Shown here: positions 1 through 9,539 of the stretch, one piece after another
Layout: each line of letters opens with the position of its first letter
How positions within the stretch are numbered: the stretch's first letter is position 1
Assembly: GCA_016214035.1 (NCBI GenBank)
Contig: JACRPF010000012.1
Coordinates: forward strand, 3,051-67,050
Length of the DNA: 64,000 nucleotides
Origin: Spirochaetota bacterium
GTDB taxonomy: Bacteria; Spirochaetota; Brachyspiria; Brachyspirales; JACRPF01
Reading direction: 5' to 3'
Notes under the pieces: generated by a model
The model's input: the letters and a program-made list of their open reading frames with translations, nothing else
What the model was told of the DNA's origin: nothing
Databases searched by the model: none
Translations under genes and position numbers: made by a program

Positions 1-569
1 CTTACCGCCAAGTCGGTGCGGATGCCGTTGTTCACGAACCTGAGCGCGGCAATGAATGACGGATCGATACGTTTCTCCACATCATTCCGGCCGGAGTGCA
101 TTATATTCCGGGCAAAACCGATGAGCGCACCGAGCAGGATATGACGTGCTGCAGACTCCCACTCGTTTTCTCTGCGCATCGATTCGTCAATGACCTGAAC
201 GCATGCCGAAAGCAATGCCTCCTGCGCCGCGAACCGATGCGTCACGGAGATGCTGTTCGAAGCATCCCTGATCATCACGTGGAATGCGTAAAATGATGCC
301 GGAGATTCAACGGAGCGTGTGTGGGCTTCATGCGGCGCGATGACTATCGCATCACCGCGTGCAACACGCAGCTTTTCATTCCCTATCTGATAACTCAGCC
401 GTCCCGATCGTACGATGATGCATTCGTGGTATGGATGCGCATGCAGGGCGACACGATGGCCCTTGACGTCGGTGACAGCAAGGAAATTCAGGATAAACAC
501 AAAGCGGCTGCCGTAGGTGAAAAAGAGCGGGAACGGCAGCGGGACCGGCGTGGTGTTTTCATTGCTCAT
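1..569 (-). CDS. AraC-family regulator, cupin N-terminal part; 3' end lies beyond window start (partial)
   Basis: Manual reverse-strand translation from the ATG at 569 is stop-free down to position 3: MSNENTTPVPLPF...HAHPYHECIIVRSGRLSY (cupin-like)...IDPSFIAALRFVNNGIRTDLAV (start of AraC-type HTH). It is absent from the ORF track only because no stop codon falls inside the window. Confidence 0.7.
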   Translation of the reverse strand, partial: MSNENTTPVPLPFPLFFTYGSRFVFILNFLAVTDVKGHRVALHAHPYHECIIVRSGRLSYQIGNEKLRVARGDAIVIAPHEAHTRSVESPASFYAFHVMIRDASNSISVTHRFAAQEALLSACVQVIDESMRRENEWESAARHILLGALIGFARNIMHSGRNDVEKRIDPSFIAALRFVNNGIRTDLAV

Positions 570-625
570 GAGCTGATTATATCATAATGTCCGATTATTC
601 CCAGACAATAAAATAGACGTCACTG

Positions 626-1204
626 TTATCGATTGAACAGTATGCCGAGATGCACCCGCGGTCCATATGAGCTGCCGGAGATGATGCGTGTGCCGAAAAG
701 CCAGTCCGCCATAACGGCGATTGAAAACGCCGGGGTTACCGGCATCTCGATGATACAGAACGGTACCGCGATGAATGTGCCGGTAGACGTATATGATACG
801 GTGCTGACGCCTGCGCTTTGGTTGCTGATGATATGAAGCTGACGGATGGTGCCCCCGCCGGCAAGCATTCCTATCGAGCAGACAACGGGGCCGAAAGCGG
901 TGAACGCTTCAACGGTGGCGCCGCCGGCGCCGATGGAGCAATAGCTTCCGGGAAGGCCCGGGCCGTTGTAGTCGAACCCGCTTGCGAATCCCATGCCGCC
1001 GGCGCGAAGCCACGGCAGCACGGAAAAAGCGAGCCGTCCGCCGAGACCGGCTGAAAGTCCGGATATATCGCCGAACGGCGACCGTACATCGCCGTATCCG
1101 GCGTGATAGAACATGCCGCCGTTGAGGAACGGCGCAGTGAGCAGCGGTGCGGATGATGCGGAGATCAGCAGTGAGATCATGACGGCAGCTATTTTTTTCA
1201 TCAT
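626..1204 (-). CDS. small secreted Gly/aromatic-rich protein, beta-barrel OMP-like (hypothetical)
   Basis: Track ORF 626..1573 trimmed to the internal signal-peptide start MMKKIAAVMISLLISASSAPLL (ATG at 1204). The longer version would overlap the + strand mutase gene. Gly/aromatic-rich segments; C-terminus HLGILFNR. Confidence 0.55.
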   Translation of the reverse strand: MMKKIAAVMISLLISASSAPLLTAPFLNGGMFYHAGYGDVRSPFGDISGLSAGLGGRLAFSVLPWLRAGGMGFASGFDYNGPGLPGSYCSIGAGGATVEAFTAFGPVVCSIGMLAGGGTIRQLHIISNQSAGVSTVSYTSTGTFIAVPFCIIEMPVTPAFSIAVMADWLFGTRIISGSSYGPRVHLGILFNR

Positions 1205-1322
1205 GACCGGATAATATAGTAATTTACTGCAATTGCCACCGGTGCGATAGCCGGGTTGCTGCAAATTGCATTTCCCGCCTGTCGCGATATAATGACGGCA
1301 ACATGAAACGTCAGGACTGCAC

Positions 1323-2681
1323 ATGAGCACAAAGAAAACCGCTGCAAAGACACTCAAGGCAAGCATTTCAGGCATACGCGGCATTATCGGCGCGGGACTT
1401 GATGTAGAGACCATCGTACGATATGTGAACGCATATGCCTCGCTGTTCCCGAGAAAAAGCGCGTTCGCGGTGGGGCGCGACACACGCATTACCGGCGACG
1501 CAATAACCAAGGTTGTTTGCGGTGCACTTGCGGCGAACGGCATGGATGTGCACGACTGCGGCATTGCACCCACACCGACGGTGCTCTATACGGTGAAGAA
1601 CAGGAAACTTGCCGGCGGCATCATCGTCACGGCAAGTCATAATCCCATAGAATGGAATGCGCTGAAATTCGCGGGGGCCGGCGGCGTGTTTCTCGGACAG
1701 AAGCAGGTAGACAGGCTTCTGGCGGCAAGCGCGGTGAACGAGCCGGTCACGACGGGCGCGCGCGAGTATGGCAGTATCGGCGTGTATCCCTGCGCGGTGA
1801 GCGATCACGTTGATGCGGTGGTCCGCTATGTGAACGCGAAAAAAATACGAGCGGCGAAACTCACGGTTGCCTGTGATTTCGCCAACGGTACGGGACTCGT
1901 GTCGACACCAGTGCTCCTTGAACGGCTTGGAGTGAAACTTGTCGCTGTCAATGACGAACTGACGGGCACATTCGCGCATTCGCCTGAACCGACGGTTGAG
2001 ACTATGGCGGAACTGTCGCAATTCATAAAACGCAAAAAAGCGGACATTGGTTTCATGCAGGACCCGGACGCCGACAGGCTTGCGTTTGTCGACGAGAAGG
2101 GACGCATCGTGGGCGAGGAATACACGCTCGCGGTGGCGGCACAGCATATCTTCTCAAAGCACACGACGGACGCCGCAGTGAATCTGTCCACATCGCGAAT
2201 GATAGACGATGTGGCGAAGGAGTATGGGCGCAAAGTGCTGCGGACGAAGATAGGCGAGATAAATGTCACGGAGACCATACTCGCGAAAAAGCTCTATTTC
2301 GGCGGCGAAGGCAACGGCGGCGTCATTGTCCCTTCAGTGACCGCGGGGCGCGACTCACTGCTTGCAATGGCCATCATCCTTGAACGAATGGCCGAAACCG
2401 GTTCACGTATCAGCGAAATAGTTGATGCGATACCGTCGTACAGCATTATCAAAGACAAAGTGAATGCACGTAATGCTGATGTTAAGAAGATATATGCCGC
2501 AATGCGTAAGGTCTTTGCCGGCGCCGTGATCAACGATATCGACGGCATACGCGCCGATGTTGCGGACGGCTGGGTGCATGTGCGCACATCGAATACCGAG
2601 CCGGTGATACGCATTATTGCTGAGGCCAGGGATATCGATACGGCACGGCAGCTTATTGAAAAAGCAAAAGCGACTATTTAA
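1323..2681 (+). CDS. alpha-D-phosphohexomutase family enzyme (phosphoglucosamine/phosphomannomutase-like)
   Basis: 452 aa. Phosphoserine loop GIIVTASHNPIEWNALKF, metal loop FMQDPDADR, sugar loop FGGEGNGG. Confidence 0.85.
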   Translation: MSTKKTAAKTLKASISGIRGIIGAGLDVETIVRYVNAYASLFPRKSAFAVGRDTRITGDAITKVVCGALAANGMDVHDCGIAPTPTVLYTVKNRKLAGGIIVTASHNPIEWNALKFAGAGGVFLGQKQVDRLLAASAVNEPVTTGAREYGSIGVYPCAVSDHVDAVVRYVNAKKIRAAKLTVACDFANGTGLVSTPVLLERLGVKLVAVNDELTGTFAHSPEPTVETMAELSQFIKRKKADIGFMQDPDADRLAFVDEKGRIVGEEYTLAVAAQHIFSKHTTDAAVNLSTSRMIDDVAKEYGRKVLRTKIGEINVTETILAKKLYFGGEGNGGVIVPSVTAGRDSLLAMAIILERMAETGSRISEIVDAIPSYSIIKDKVNARNADVKKIYAAMRKVFAGAVINDIDGIRADVADGWVHVRTSNTEPVIRIIAEARDIDTARQLIEKAKATI

Positions 2682-2757
2682 ATCACCATTTACTTGCCTT
2701 TTTGTAATTCAGTATTATTATATCCAAGCGCTTGTATTTAAATAAAACGAGGTATTT

Positions 2758-5700
2758 ATGATCGAATTCATGAAAAAGCTTGAAAATGAACGCATGAAAC
2801 AGGCCAGGAACTTTGCAAAACGCGTTTCCGGCCTTATTTTGACCGGTAATCTGCCGTTCACGGCGGAATATCATAAATCGATGAAGCATATACCGCTTAA
2901 GGAATCAATCAGCCTTAATCGCACACCGATTGCCGAGGGGGCGACCTGGGGCGAGACCTGGGAGAGCGGATATTTCCGCCTCACCGGTGCGGTGCCGAAA
3001 GAATGGAAAGGTAAGACAGTCGCCGCTCATATCGACCTCAATGGTGAGACGCTTGTCTATTCGAAAGAGGGCGTTCCGCTCTACGGGCTTACGAACGGCT
3101 CGGTTTTTTCCGGCAACTATTCGAAAGATGTGTATCGCATATTCGAACCCTGCAAAGGCGGCGAGCAGGTGGAACTGTTCCTTGAAGCGGCGGCCAACGG
3201 ACTCTTCGGTGTGAACCGCGATCCGAACTCGGAACGCTCCGCTCCCACGCGCCACGGGAACTATAAAGGCGAAGTGAAACATATACGCCTGTGCATGCTC
3301 GATGAAACGATGTGGCATCTGTATCTCGATCTCACGTTCCTTGTCGATCTCGCCATGCAGTTTGACGAGGACAATGTGCGCCGCAGCCGCATCGTCAAGG
3401 CGCTCTATGAATCGATGAACGTGTTCGCGGATGATCCGGTGAATGCGGACAAGACGCGCGCGGTGCTCAAGCCCGTCATGGCGTCGAAGAACGGCGGCAC
3501 GGCGCTCACATCGATATCCGTGGGTCATGCGCACATCGACACCGGCTGGCTCTGGCGCATCGAGGAATCGGTGCGTAAGACCGCCCGTACGTTCGCAAGT
3601 CAGATAGCCAACATCGAGCGCTATCCGGGTTTCGTGTTCGGCGCGTCGCAGGCGCAGCTTTATAAATTCGTGAAGGACCATTATCCCGAATTGCACGCCA
3701 AGGTGAAGAAGGCTATACGCGACGGCTCGTGGGAAGTGCAGGGCGGCATGTGGGTTGAGGCGGACTGCAATCTCATCAGCGGCGAGTCGATGGTGCGTCA
3801 GTTCGTCCACGGCAAGAACTTCTTCAAGGACGAATACGGCGTTGATGTGAAGAACCTGTGGCTGCCCGACGTATTCGGCTATTCGGCGAACCTGCCGCAG
3901 ATACTCAAACGCTCCGGCATCGATTTTTTCCTCACACAGAAGATATCATGGAGCCAGTTCAACGTGTTCCGTCACAACACGTTCATCTGGCGCGGCATCG
4001 ACGGCAGTGAAGTGATAACCCATTTCCCGCCGGAGGATAATTACAATTCACCGCTCACGCCGGGTGTGTTCCGGAGGGCCGAGCGAAACTTTAAGGAAAA
4101 GGCTTTCCTCGATGAATACATGACCTTGGCCGGCATCGGCAACGGCGGCGGCGGACCTAAGGAAGAACACATTGAGAGCGGTCTCAGGCTTACCGACAGC
4201 GAAGGCATGCCGAAAAACAAATTCGGCCGCGCGGACGGGTTCTTCGAACGCCTCGCGAAACGGTCGGATGAACTTTCAACATTCGTGGGCGAACTGTATC
4301 TGGAACTGCATCGCGCAACACTTACCACACAGGCGCGGACAAAACGCTATAATCGCCTGCTCGAGAACCGCCTGCGCCAGACGGAAGCCGTGGCGTCACT
4401 TCTGCCGCTCGGCGACTATCCGCGTGAAAAGCTTGAGGCAATATGGCAGATGCTTCTCACCAATCAGTTTCACGACATCATCCCCGGTTCGAGTATTAAT
4501 CTTGTCTATCAGGACGCGCACGCTGCATATGAGAAAGGGCTTGCGGACTGCGATGTGATGATAGCCGACGCCGCAAAGAAAGTATTTACGAAGGATGAGA
4601 ACGCGCTTTCGCTCATGAACATCACATCCTATTCAGCTTCACAGCCTGTCGTGCTTCCCGCGGCATGGAAAGGCGCGGGCGTTGAACGCGCGGACGGCAA
4701 GCCTGTTGCCGTGCAGCTTGAGAACGGCGTTCCGGTGATTGCCACCGACATTGCGCCGTACGAGACAGTTGTGCTTAAACGAACGGCAAAGGCATCGGAA
4801 GCGGCGGCCGGGAACGACCTTACGCTTGAGAACGACATTGTCCGTTATACGTTCGATAAAAACGGAACCCTTGTTGATGCGTTCGACAAGGAAGCTAAAC
4901 GCCCGGTGCTCGCGTCCGGTGCGAAGGCCAATGTATTCTCGCTCTATGCCGATCATCCGAACAACTGGGATGCGTGGGATATCGATTTCAACTACACCGA
5001 ACAGCTCCTTGAAACGGCGAAATGCGTATCGATTAAAAAGACCGCGTCGGGTCCGGTGCGTAGCGTTCTGTCGGTGAGCATGACGATAGGCCATTCGAAG
5101 ATCGAGCAGACGGTGTCGCTGGATAAAAACAGCAAGCGGCTCATGTTCACCTCGAACGTGGCATGGGACGAGGCGCACCGCATGCTTCGCGTGGCGTTCC
5201 CGGTGAACGTGGTTTCCACTGAAGCGTCGTTCGACATACAGTACGGTTTTGTGAAACGCTCTACCCATGAGAACACAAGCCTTGATTTCGCGCAGTTCGA
5301 AGTGGTGGGCCACCGGTATGCGGACCTCTCGGCCAACGATTATGGTGTTGCGCTCCTCAACGACTGCAAATACGGCTACAAGGTGAAGGATAATATCATC
5401 GATCTTAACATTCTCCGCTCGCCGCGCGATCCGGACCCGGATGCCGACATCGGAAATCATGTGTTTACCTATGCGCTTCTGCCGCATAACGGAACGCTCA
5501 TCGAATCGAGCGTGATGGCCGAGGCTGAAGCACTCAACGTGCCGCCGGTGATGCTCGCGGGATTTGCGGCGAATCATACGGCGCTTCCCGCAACAGTGAC
5601 CGGTGATGGAGTATCGATAACGGCAGTGAAGAAGGCCGAGAAGGAAGAATGTCATATCGTGCGCATCGTGGAAACGTGCGGCAAACATACCACTGCGGTA

Positions 5701-5829
5701 CTGAAAGCGGCGGGGACGGTGACCGAGACGAATCTCATGGAATGGGAAAACGGCGCAAAACTGGACGCGAAGAACGGCGCGGCGATAGAACTGTCTCCGT
5801 TTGAGATTAGGACTTATAAAGTCAAATAG
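2758..5829 (+). CDS. GH38 alpha-mannosidase
   Basis: 1023 aa. GH38-type motifs SVGHAHIDTGWLWRIEES, LWLPDVFGYS, NQFHDIIPGSSI. Confidence 0.9.
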   Translation: MIEFMKKLENERMKQARNFAKRVSGLILTGNLPFTAEYHKSMKHIPLKESISLNRTPIAEGATWGETWESGYFRLTGAVPKEWKGKTVAAHIDLNGETLVYSKEGVPLYGLTNGSVFSGNYSKDVYRIFEPCKGGEQVELFLEAAANGLFGVNRDPNSERSAPTRHGNYKGEVKHIRLCMLDETMWHLYLDLTFLVDLAMQFDEDNVRRSRIVKALYESMNVFADDPVNADKTRAVLKPVMASKNGGTALTSISVGHAHIDTGWLWRIEESVRKTARTFASQIANIERYPGFVFGASQAQLYKFVKDHYPELHAKVKKAIRDGSWEVQGGMWVEADCNLISGESMVRQFVHGKNFFKDEYGVDVKNLWLPDVFGYSANLPQILKRSGIDFFLTQKISWSQFNVFRHNTFIWRGIDGSEVITHFPPEDNYNSPLTPGVFRRAERNFKEKAFLDEYMTLAGIGNGGGGPKEEHIESGLRLTDSEGMPKNKFGRADGFFERLAKRSDELSTFVGELYLELHRATLTTQARTKRYNRLLENRLRQTEAVASLLPLGDYPREKLEAIWQMLLTNQFHDIIPGSSINLVYQDAHAAYEKGLADCDVMIADAAKKVFTKDENALSLMNITSYSASQPVVLPAAWKGAGVERADGKPVAVQLENGVPVIATDIAPYETVVLKRTAKASEAAAGNDLTLENDIVRYTFDKNGTLVDAFDKEAKRPVLASGAKANVFSLYADHPNNWDAWDIDFNYTEQLLETAKCVSIKKTASGPVRSVLSVSMTIGHSKIEQTVSLDKNSKRLMFTSNVAWDEAHRMLRVAFPVNVVSTEASFDIQYGFVKRSTHENTSLDFAQFEVVGHRYADLSANDYGVALLNDCKYGYKVKDNIIDLNILRSPRDPDPDADIGNHVFTYALLPHNGTLIESSVMAEAEALNVPPVMLAGFAANHTALPATVTGDGVSITAVKKAEKEECHIVRIVETCGKHTTAVLKAAGTVTETNLMEWENGAKLDAKNGAAIELSPFEIRTYKVK

Positions 5830-5836
5830 GCCGCAT

Positions 5837-6772
5837 ATGTCTATACGTCTCAAGGATATCGCTCTTGAGCTGAAACTCGATCTTTCCACGGTGTCACGCG
5901 CGCTGCGTGATGACGCCCGTGTGCATCCGGATACCAAGACCAAAGTGCGGGAGGCCGCGGCACGGCTCGGGTATCGGCCCAACATGCTGGCACGGCGTTT
6001 AGCCGAGGGAAAGACAAAGACGGTCTGGCTGCTCCTGCCGCACCTCAATGCCCCCATCGAGCGGGAACCGGCGCAGTATGCCGCCGACATGCTTTACGAA
6101 TACGATTACGACCTGATGATAGTGCAGCACCGTGGTAAACCGGAAGTCTATGAGCGGCTTATGGGAAGGCTTGTTGCGGGGCTTGCGGACGGCGCGCTTA
6201 TCATTCCGGGTCCCGAGGGCGATCCTCCATATGAAGAAGTGCTGGTGCATGCCGGTTTCCCGCTCGTGTTTATGGACAGGCATCCGCGAACCCTAGAATC
6301 CATTGATGTTGTCACAACGGATAATAAAAACGGCGCCTATGAACTTACCCGTAAGCTCATACGTCGCGGTGTAACCCATGTGTTTGCCGGCTTTTATGAA
6401 GGTAATCCGGTGGCGGATGCCAGACGTGAAGGCTGTATACAGGCGATGCGTGATAACAATATCGCCTATACGCTCTTGTCGCCGGATATGCCGGTGCCGG
6501 ATACTTCAGGCAGTATCGGTATCATCAGTTCATCGCAGCCGCTGCTTATGGATACGGCTAAAGCGCTTCCACGGGCTTCCGTACTCCACGGGGCGCTGTT
6601 TGACCAGTGGTATGGCGGGATTGCACCGTTTCAGAGCATGGACGTATGCGTACAGGACTTCAAAACGATGGCCGAGGAAGCGGTACGGGTGCTGCTTAAC
6701 CGCATCGGTGGAACCGTACAGGCCGGAGAAATACGTAAAGTGCCTCCGCTGACATTTAAAGAAGTGATATAG
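5837..6772 (+). CDS. LacI-family transcriptional regulator
   Basis: Track ORF 5801..6772 trimmed to the ATG at 5837 (MSIRLKDIALELKLDLSTVSRALRD, a LacI-type N-terminal HTH). A periplasmic-binding-like C-terminal domain follows. The start lies 8 nt after the mannosidase stop. Confidence 0.85.
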   Translation: MSIRLKDIALELKLDLSTVSRALRDDARVHPDTKTKVREAAARLGYRPNMLARRLAEGKTKTVWLLLPHLNAPIEREPAQYAADMLYEYDYDLMIVQHRGKPEVYERLMGRLVAGLADGALIIPGPEGDPPYEEVLVHAGFPLVFMDRHPRTLESIDVVTTDNKNGAYELTRKLIRRGVTHVFAGFYEGNPVADARREGCIQAMRDNNIAYTLLSPDMPVPDTSGSIGIISSSQPLLMDTAKALPRASVLHGALFDQWYGGIAPFQSMDVCVQDFKTMAEEAVRVLLNRIGGTVQAGEIRKVPPLTFKEVI

Positions 6773-6827
6773 TCATCGAAATTCGTCAAAAAATGAAGGT
6801 GCTGACGTCTAAAACATCGGTAAGGTC

Positions 6828-6856
6828 TTGACATCTAAGAAGACGTGATGTACAAT
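6828..6856 (+). promoter_or_regulatory. sigma-70-type promoter for the OMP gene
   Basis: TTGACA (6828-6833), 17-nt spacer, TACAAT (6851-6856). The predicted leader is ~160 nt up to the ATG at 7026. Confidence 0.55.
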
Positions 6857-7025
6857 GTCTCTACACATGAGGCAGTCGAGTCAGGGATACATCTACGCTA
6901 AAGACCTTCTCTGGTCGTCAAATACCTCTGGTGGGGAGGTGAGGAAAGCTAACAACTACATCTAACGTTCCTTTTCGTATCTAAGGGTTCTTGTATCTAA
7001 AACACATTTTCGGAAGGAGAGTCAA

Positions 7026-8684
7026 ATGAAGAAGTTCGTAATCCTAATGGCATTGGCGGCAATGACAACGTCGCTGTTCGCCATACAGTACAACCCGTAT
7101 CCGGTCACTTCGGTCAAATTCGATACGACCGTCGGCCGCATCCTGAACGACCTTGACCGGTTGCAGGATCCCATGTTTATACTTGATGTGAAAAAAAGCA
7201 CCTTTTCACTGAAAACACCCGGTACGCTTGCAACGCTCCTCAGCAACAATGGAGCTGAGCTTTCGGGTGTTTTCGGTATTGTGAACCCGCTTGGCTTGCC
7301 GATGTCTCTTGGAATTCTTGGATCTGCACAGATCAATGCGACAACACCGGGAACTTACCAGACAACAACCGCATCAAACCTTGCGGCTAACATTTACACC
7401 AGCACCGTAACCTCTTTCGAATCATATCAGAGCGCCGGTGCGAATAAATGGGTCGCTGTCGGCGGTTTCAATCTCGGCTCGATGCCGGTTGGTATCCGCG
7501 CTTTTGTAACCAATGGCGGAACACGCACCGAAGCGTTTTACAGAACCAATGCTACCTTCGGTGTTGATACAGCCACCGCGCAGAGTTCGGTAATCCGCAA
7601 AACGTATGATACCAATGCTGCCAACAAGGCGCTTCTTGATGAAAGCCTCAAATACAAAAGAGGATTCAACGACTCCGCGGTCTGGTCCGGTGACCTCACT
7701 GCCGCCGCAAAAATGATGGACATGTGGTGCTTTTTGCCTATTCTGTTCAATCTGAACAACAACGACAAATATGCAGAATTTAACTACACGCTTACCGACG
7801 TTTCAAACTCGTCTTTCGTTATCTCCAACGACAACCACAAGTCAACTGAATCCACAAGAATACTGACACTCGGTGTTGAACCGCATGCGTACCTCCCGGT
7901 CAACGCAAACGGCTTCACCACCCTTGAAGTCGGTGTCGGCGCATCATACGGTATCGGCTATGGAGATACGAAGAATTACACTGAAACAACCGAGAACCGT
8001 AACGGTGCAACAACCAATAAATCCGATGTTTCCATGCTGATCAAGGGCCAGGACGGCTATCTTGCTCAGGATTATCTCGCCCGCGCAGCTCTCCGCTTCA
8101 AGGCGAAAGAAGGCGGACTCACTGTTTCGACTAAATTCTGGGCTTCGTATGCGTTGAATCTCACCGGTTACAAGGCTAGTGAAAAGACCACTACAACCGC
8201 TGAGAACATCGGTGTTTCTAAGACCGTTACGCGCAGAGATTTTACATCAAGCGAGTTTTCGTCAAACGCTAATATCATTACCTGGGGTATCCCGGTTGGT
8301 GTTGAATATGCGTTCAATGATGTGTTCTGCCTGCGCATGGGTGGAAACTACAAAGGCACCTATACTCTCGCCAACACAACTACCAAGAACCTCGACTACA
8401 AGACGTATCAGGACAACTACAATGCTGCCGGTACTTTGACCAGCATAACAACGAATACTACGACATCCGTAACGCGTCAGATTGACACGGTGAATGCTTC
8501 GTATGTGTCGTCTTATGCTATCAGCTTCGGCGCTGGTTTCACGTTCAGTGAGAATTTCATGCTTGACCTCATGATGAATGTAACCCCGGCTGGCGGACTC
8601 ATACTCGCAGTCGGCCCGAATGGATTCCTCGATGTTGCTTCATGGAACGCTCAGTTCACGTACCGCTTCGGCGGCGCGAAATAA
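7026..8684 (+). CDS. outer-membrane protein, uncharacterised (putative beta-barrel/porin)
   Basis: 552 aa. Signal peptide MKKFVILMALAAMTTSLFA; Thr/Asn/Gly/Tyr-rich alternating pattern; aromatic-rich C-terminal segment NAQFTYRFGGAK. SD GGAAGGAG upstream and a strong terminator downstream. Confidence 0.7.
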   Translation: MKKFVILMALAAMTTSLFAIQYNPYPVTSVKFDTTVGRILNDLDRLQDPMFILDVKKSTFSLKTPGTLATLLSNNGAELSGVFGIVNPLGLPMSLGILGSAQINATTPGTYQTTTASNLAANIYTSTVTSFESYQSAGANKWVAVGGFNLGSMPVGIRAFVTNGGTRTEAFYRTNATFGVDTATAQSSVIRKTYDTNAANKALLDESLKYKRGFNDSAVWSGDLTAAAKMMDMWCFLPILFNLNNNDKYAEFNYTLTDVSNSSFVISNDNHKSTESTRILTLGVEPHAYLPVNANGFTTLEVGVGASYGIGYGDTKNYTETTENRNGATTNKSDVSMLIKGQDGYLAQDYLARAALRFKAKEGGLTVSTKFWASYALNLTGYKASEKTTTTAENIGVSKTVTRRDFTSSEFSSNANIITWGIPVGVEYAFNDVFCLRMGGNYKGTYTLANTTTKNLDYKTYQDNYNAAGTLTSITTNTTTSVTRQIDTVNASYVSSYAISFGAGFTFSENFMLDLMMNVTPAGGLILAVGPNGFLDVASWNAQFTYRFGGAK

Positions 8685-8716
8685 GCGTTTTCGCAACAGT
8701 TCAGTTTCGTTCACTC

Positions 8717-8752
8717 GAAGGACGGGCAGCAATGCCCGTCCTTCTTCATTTT
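8717..8752 (+). terminator. rho-independent terminator of the OMP gene
   Basis: Perfect 12-bp stem GAAGGACGGGCA / TGCCCGTCCTTC with loop GCAA, followed by TTCATTTT. Confidence 0.8.
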
Positions 8753-8763
8753 AAAGGGAATAC

Positions 8764-8811
8764 CGGTTTTATTGAAGGTGCGGATATATATCCGCGCCTT
8801 CAATAAAACCG
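8764..8811. repeat. REP-like 48-nt palindrome (copy 1)
   Basis: The arms CGGTTTTATTGAAGGTGCGGATAT | ATATCCGCGCCTTCAATAAAACCG are reverse complements with a single T/C mismatch. The core is GAAGG(T/C)GCGGATATATATC(C/T)GCGCCTTC. Confidence 0.8.
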
Positions 8812-8989
8812 TTGTCTGATATGACTATCGGTCGAAGATAATGGTTATATCGCAAGGCACGGCCTCGAGACCGCACCTGCAAATAGATACAACCACACGG
8901 GCGCAATTGTATAATCGCGCCTGCGTACAACGATGCCGTCATTTTTTCGGCAGTCTTCATTTTTTTCAACAACACGGTATGATAATAAC

Positions 8990-9532
8990 ATGCATCGCGA
9001 TTCACAAAAGCGGATATATCTGGAAAATGCCGTATATTTTATTACGACGGTAACGAAGGAACGGTATCCGTATTTTCATGAAAAGATAGTATGCGATCTT
9101 TTGGCCGAAGACATCCGCATGGCGTCGGAATTGAAGCAATGCGATGTTATCGCGTATAAGATCAATCCGGATCATGTGTATTTGATCATTCGGCCGTTGG
9201 GGAAACCGAATTACTCGGAATTCATGCATAACATGAAACGCGTATCATCATTGCATATAAATTATAGTATGGGTATGTTCGATTTTCCCGAAGGCGCGGA
9301 TATATATCTGCGCCTTCGGGAAAATCGACTTACATGGCAATCCCGGTATAACACCCGTATCGATATCCCGAAGTTCGCATGGCAGAAATCATATCGCGAT
9401 CATTTAGTTCGCGATGACGATGACCTCATACGTCATGTCGAATATATACGGAATCAATGGATAAAACATGATCTTCAGGAAAACGCTTATTGTTTCGTTT
9501 CCGAAGCGGCTATGCAATCGGTTTTAGAATGA
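8990..9532 (+). CDS. REP-associated tyrosine (Y1, IS200-like) transposase homologue (RAYT-like)
   Basis: Family-typical blocks RIYLENAVYFITTVTKERYPYF, AYKINPDHVYLIIRP (HUH region, here H-V-Y), FAWQKSYRDHLVRDDDDLIRHVEYIRNQ. Flanked by and containing REP-like palindromes. An alternative upstream start exists at 8933. Confidence 0.75.
   Translation: MHRDSQKRIYLENAVYFITTVTKERYPYFHEKIVCDLLAEDIRMASELKQCDVIAYKINPDHVYLIIRPLGKPNYSEFMHNMKRVSSLHINYSMGMFDFPEGADIYLRLRENRLTWQSRYNTRIDIPKFAWQKSYRDHLVRDDDDLIRHVEYIRNQWIKHDLQENAYCFVSEAAMQSVLE
9280..9327. repeat. REP-like 48-nt palindrome (copy 2), located inside the RAYT-like CDS
   Basis: The arms CGATTTTCCCGAAGGCGCGGATAT | ATATCTGCGCCTTCGGGAAAATCG carry one mismatch. 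The core is the same as in copy 1. The length is a multiple of 3, so the frame is preserved (encodes ..FDFPEGADIYLRLREN..). Confidence 0.8.
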
Positions 9533-9539
9533 ATGAGCC

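Noticed and set aside
626-1573. Full 315-aa version of the minus-strand ORF
   Set aside because: The upstream third overlaps the phosphohexomutase gene on the other strand. The internal MMKK start gives a canonical signal peptide.
4639-6090. 483-aa minus-strand ORF
   Set aside because: It is antisense to the GH38 mannosidase and the LacI gene, both strongly supported by motifs. Its translation is Arg-rich junk.
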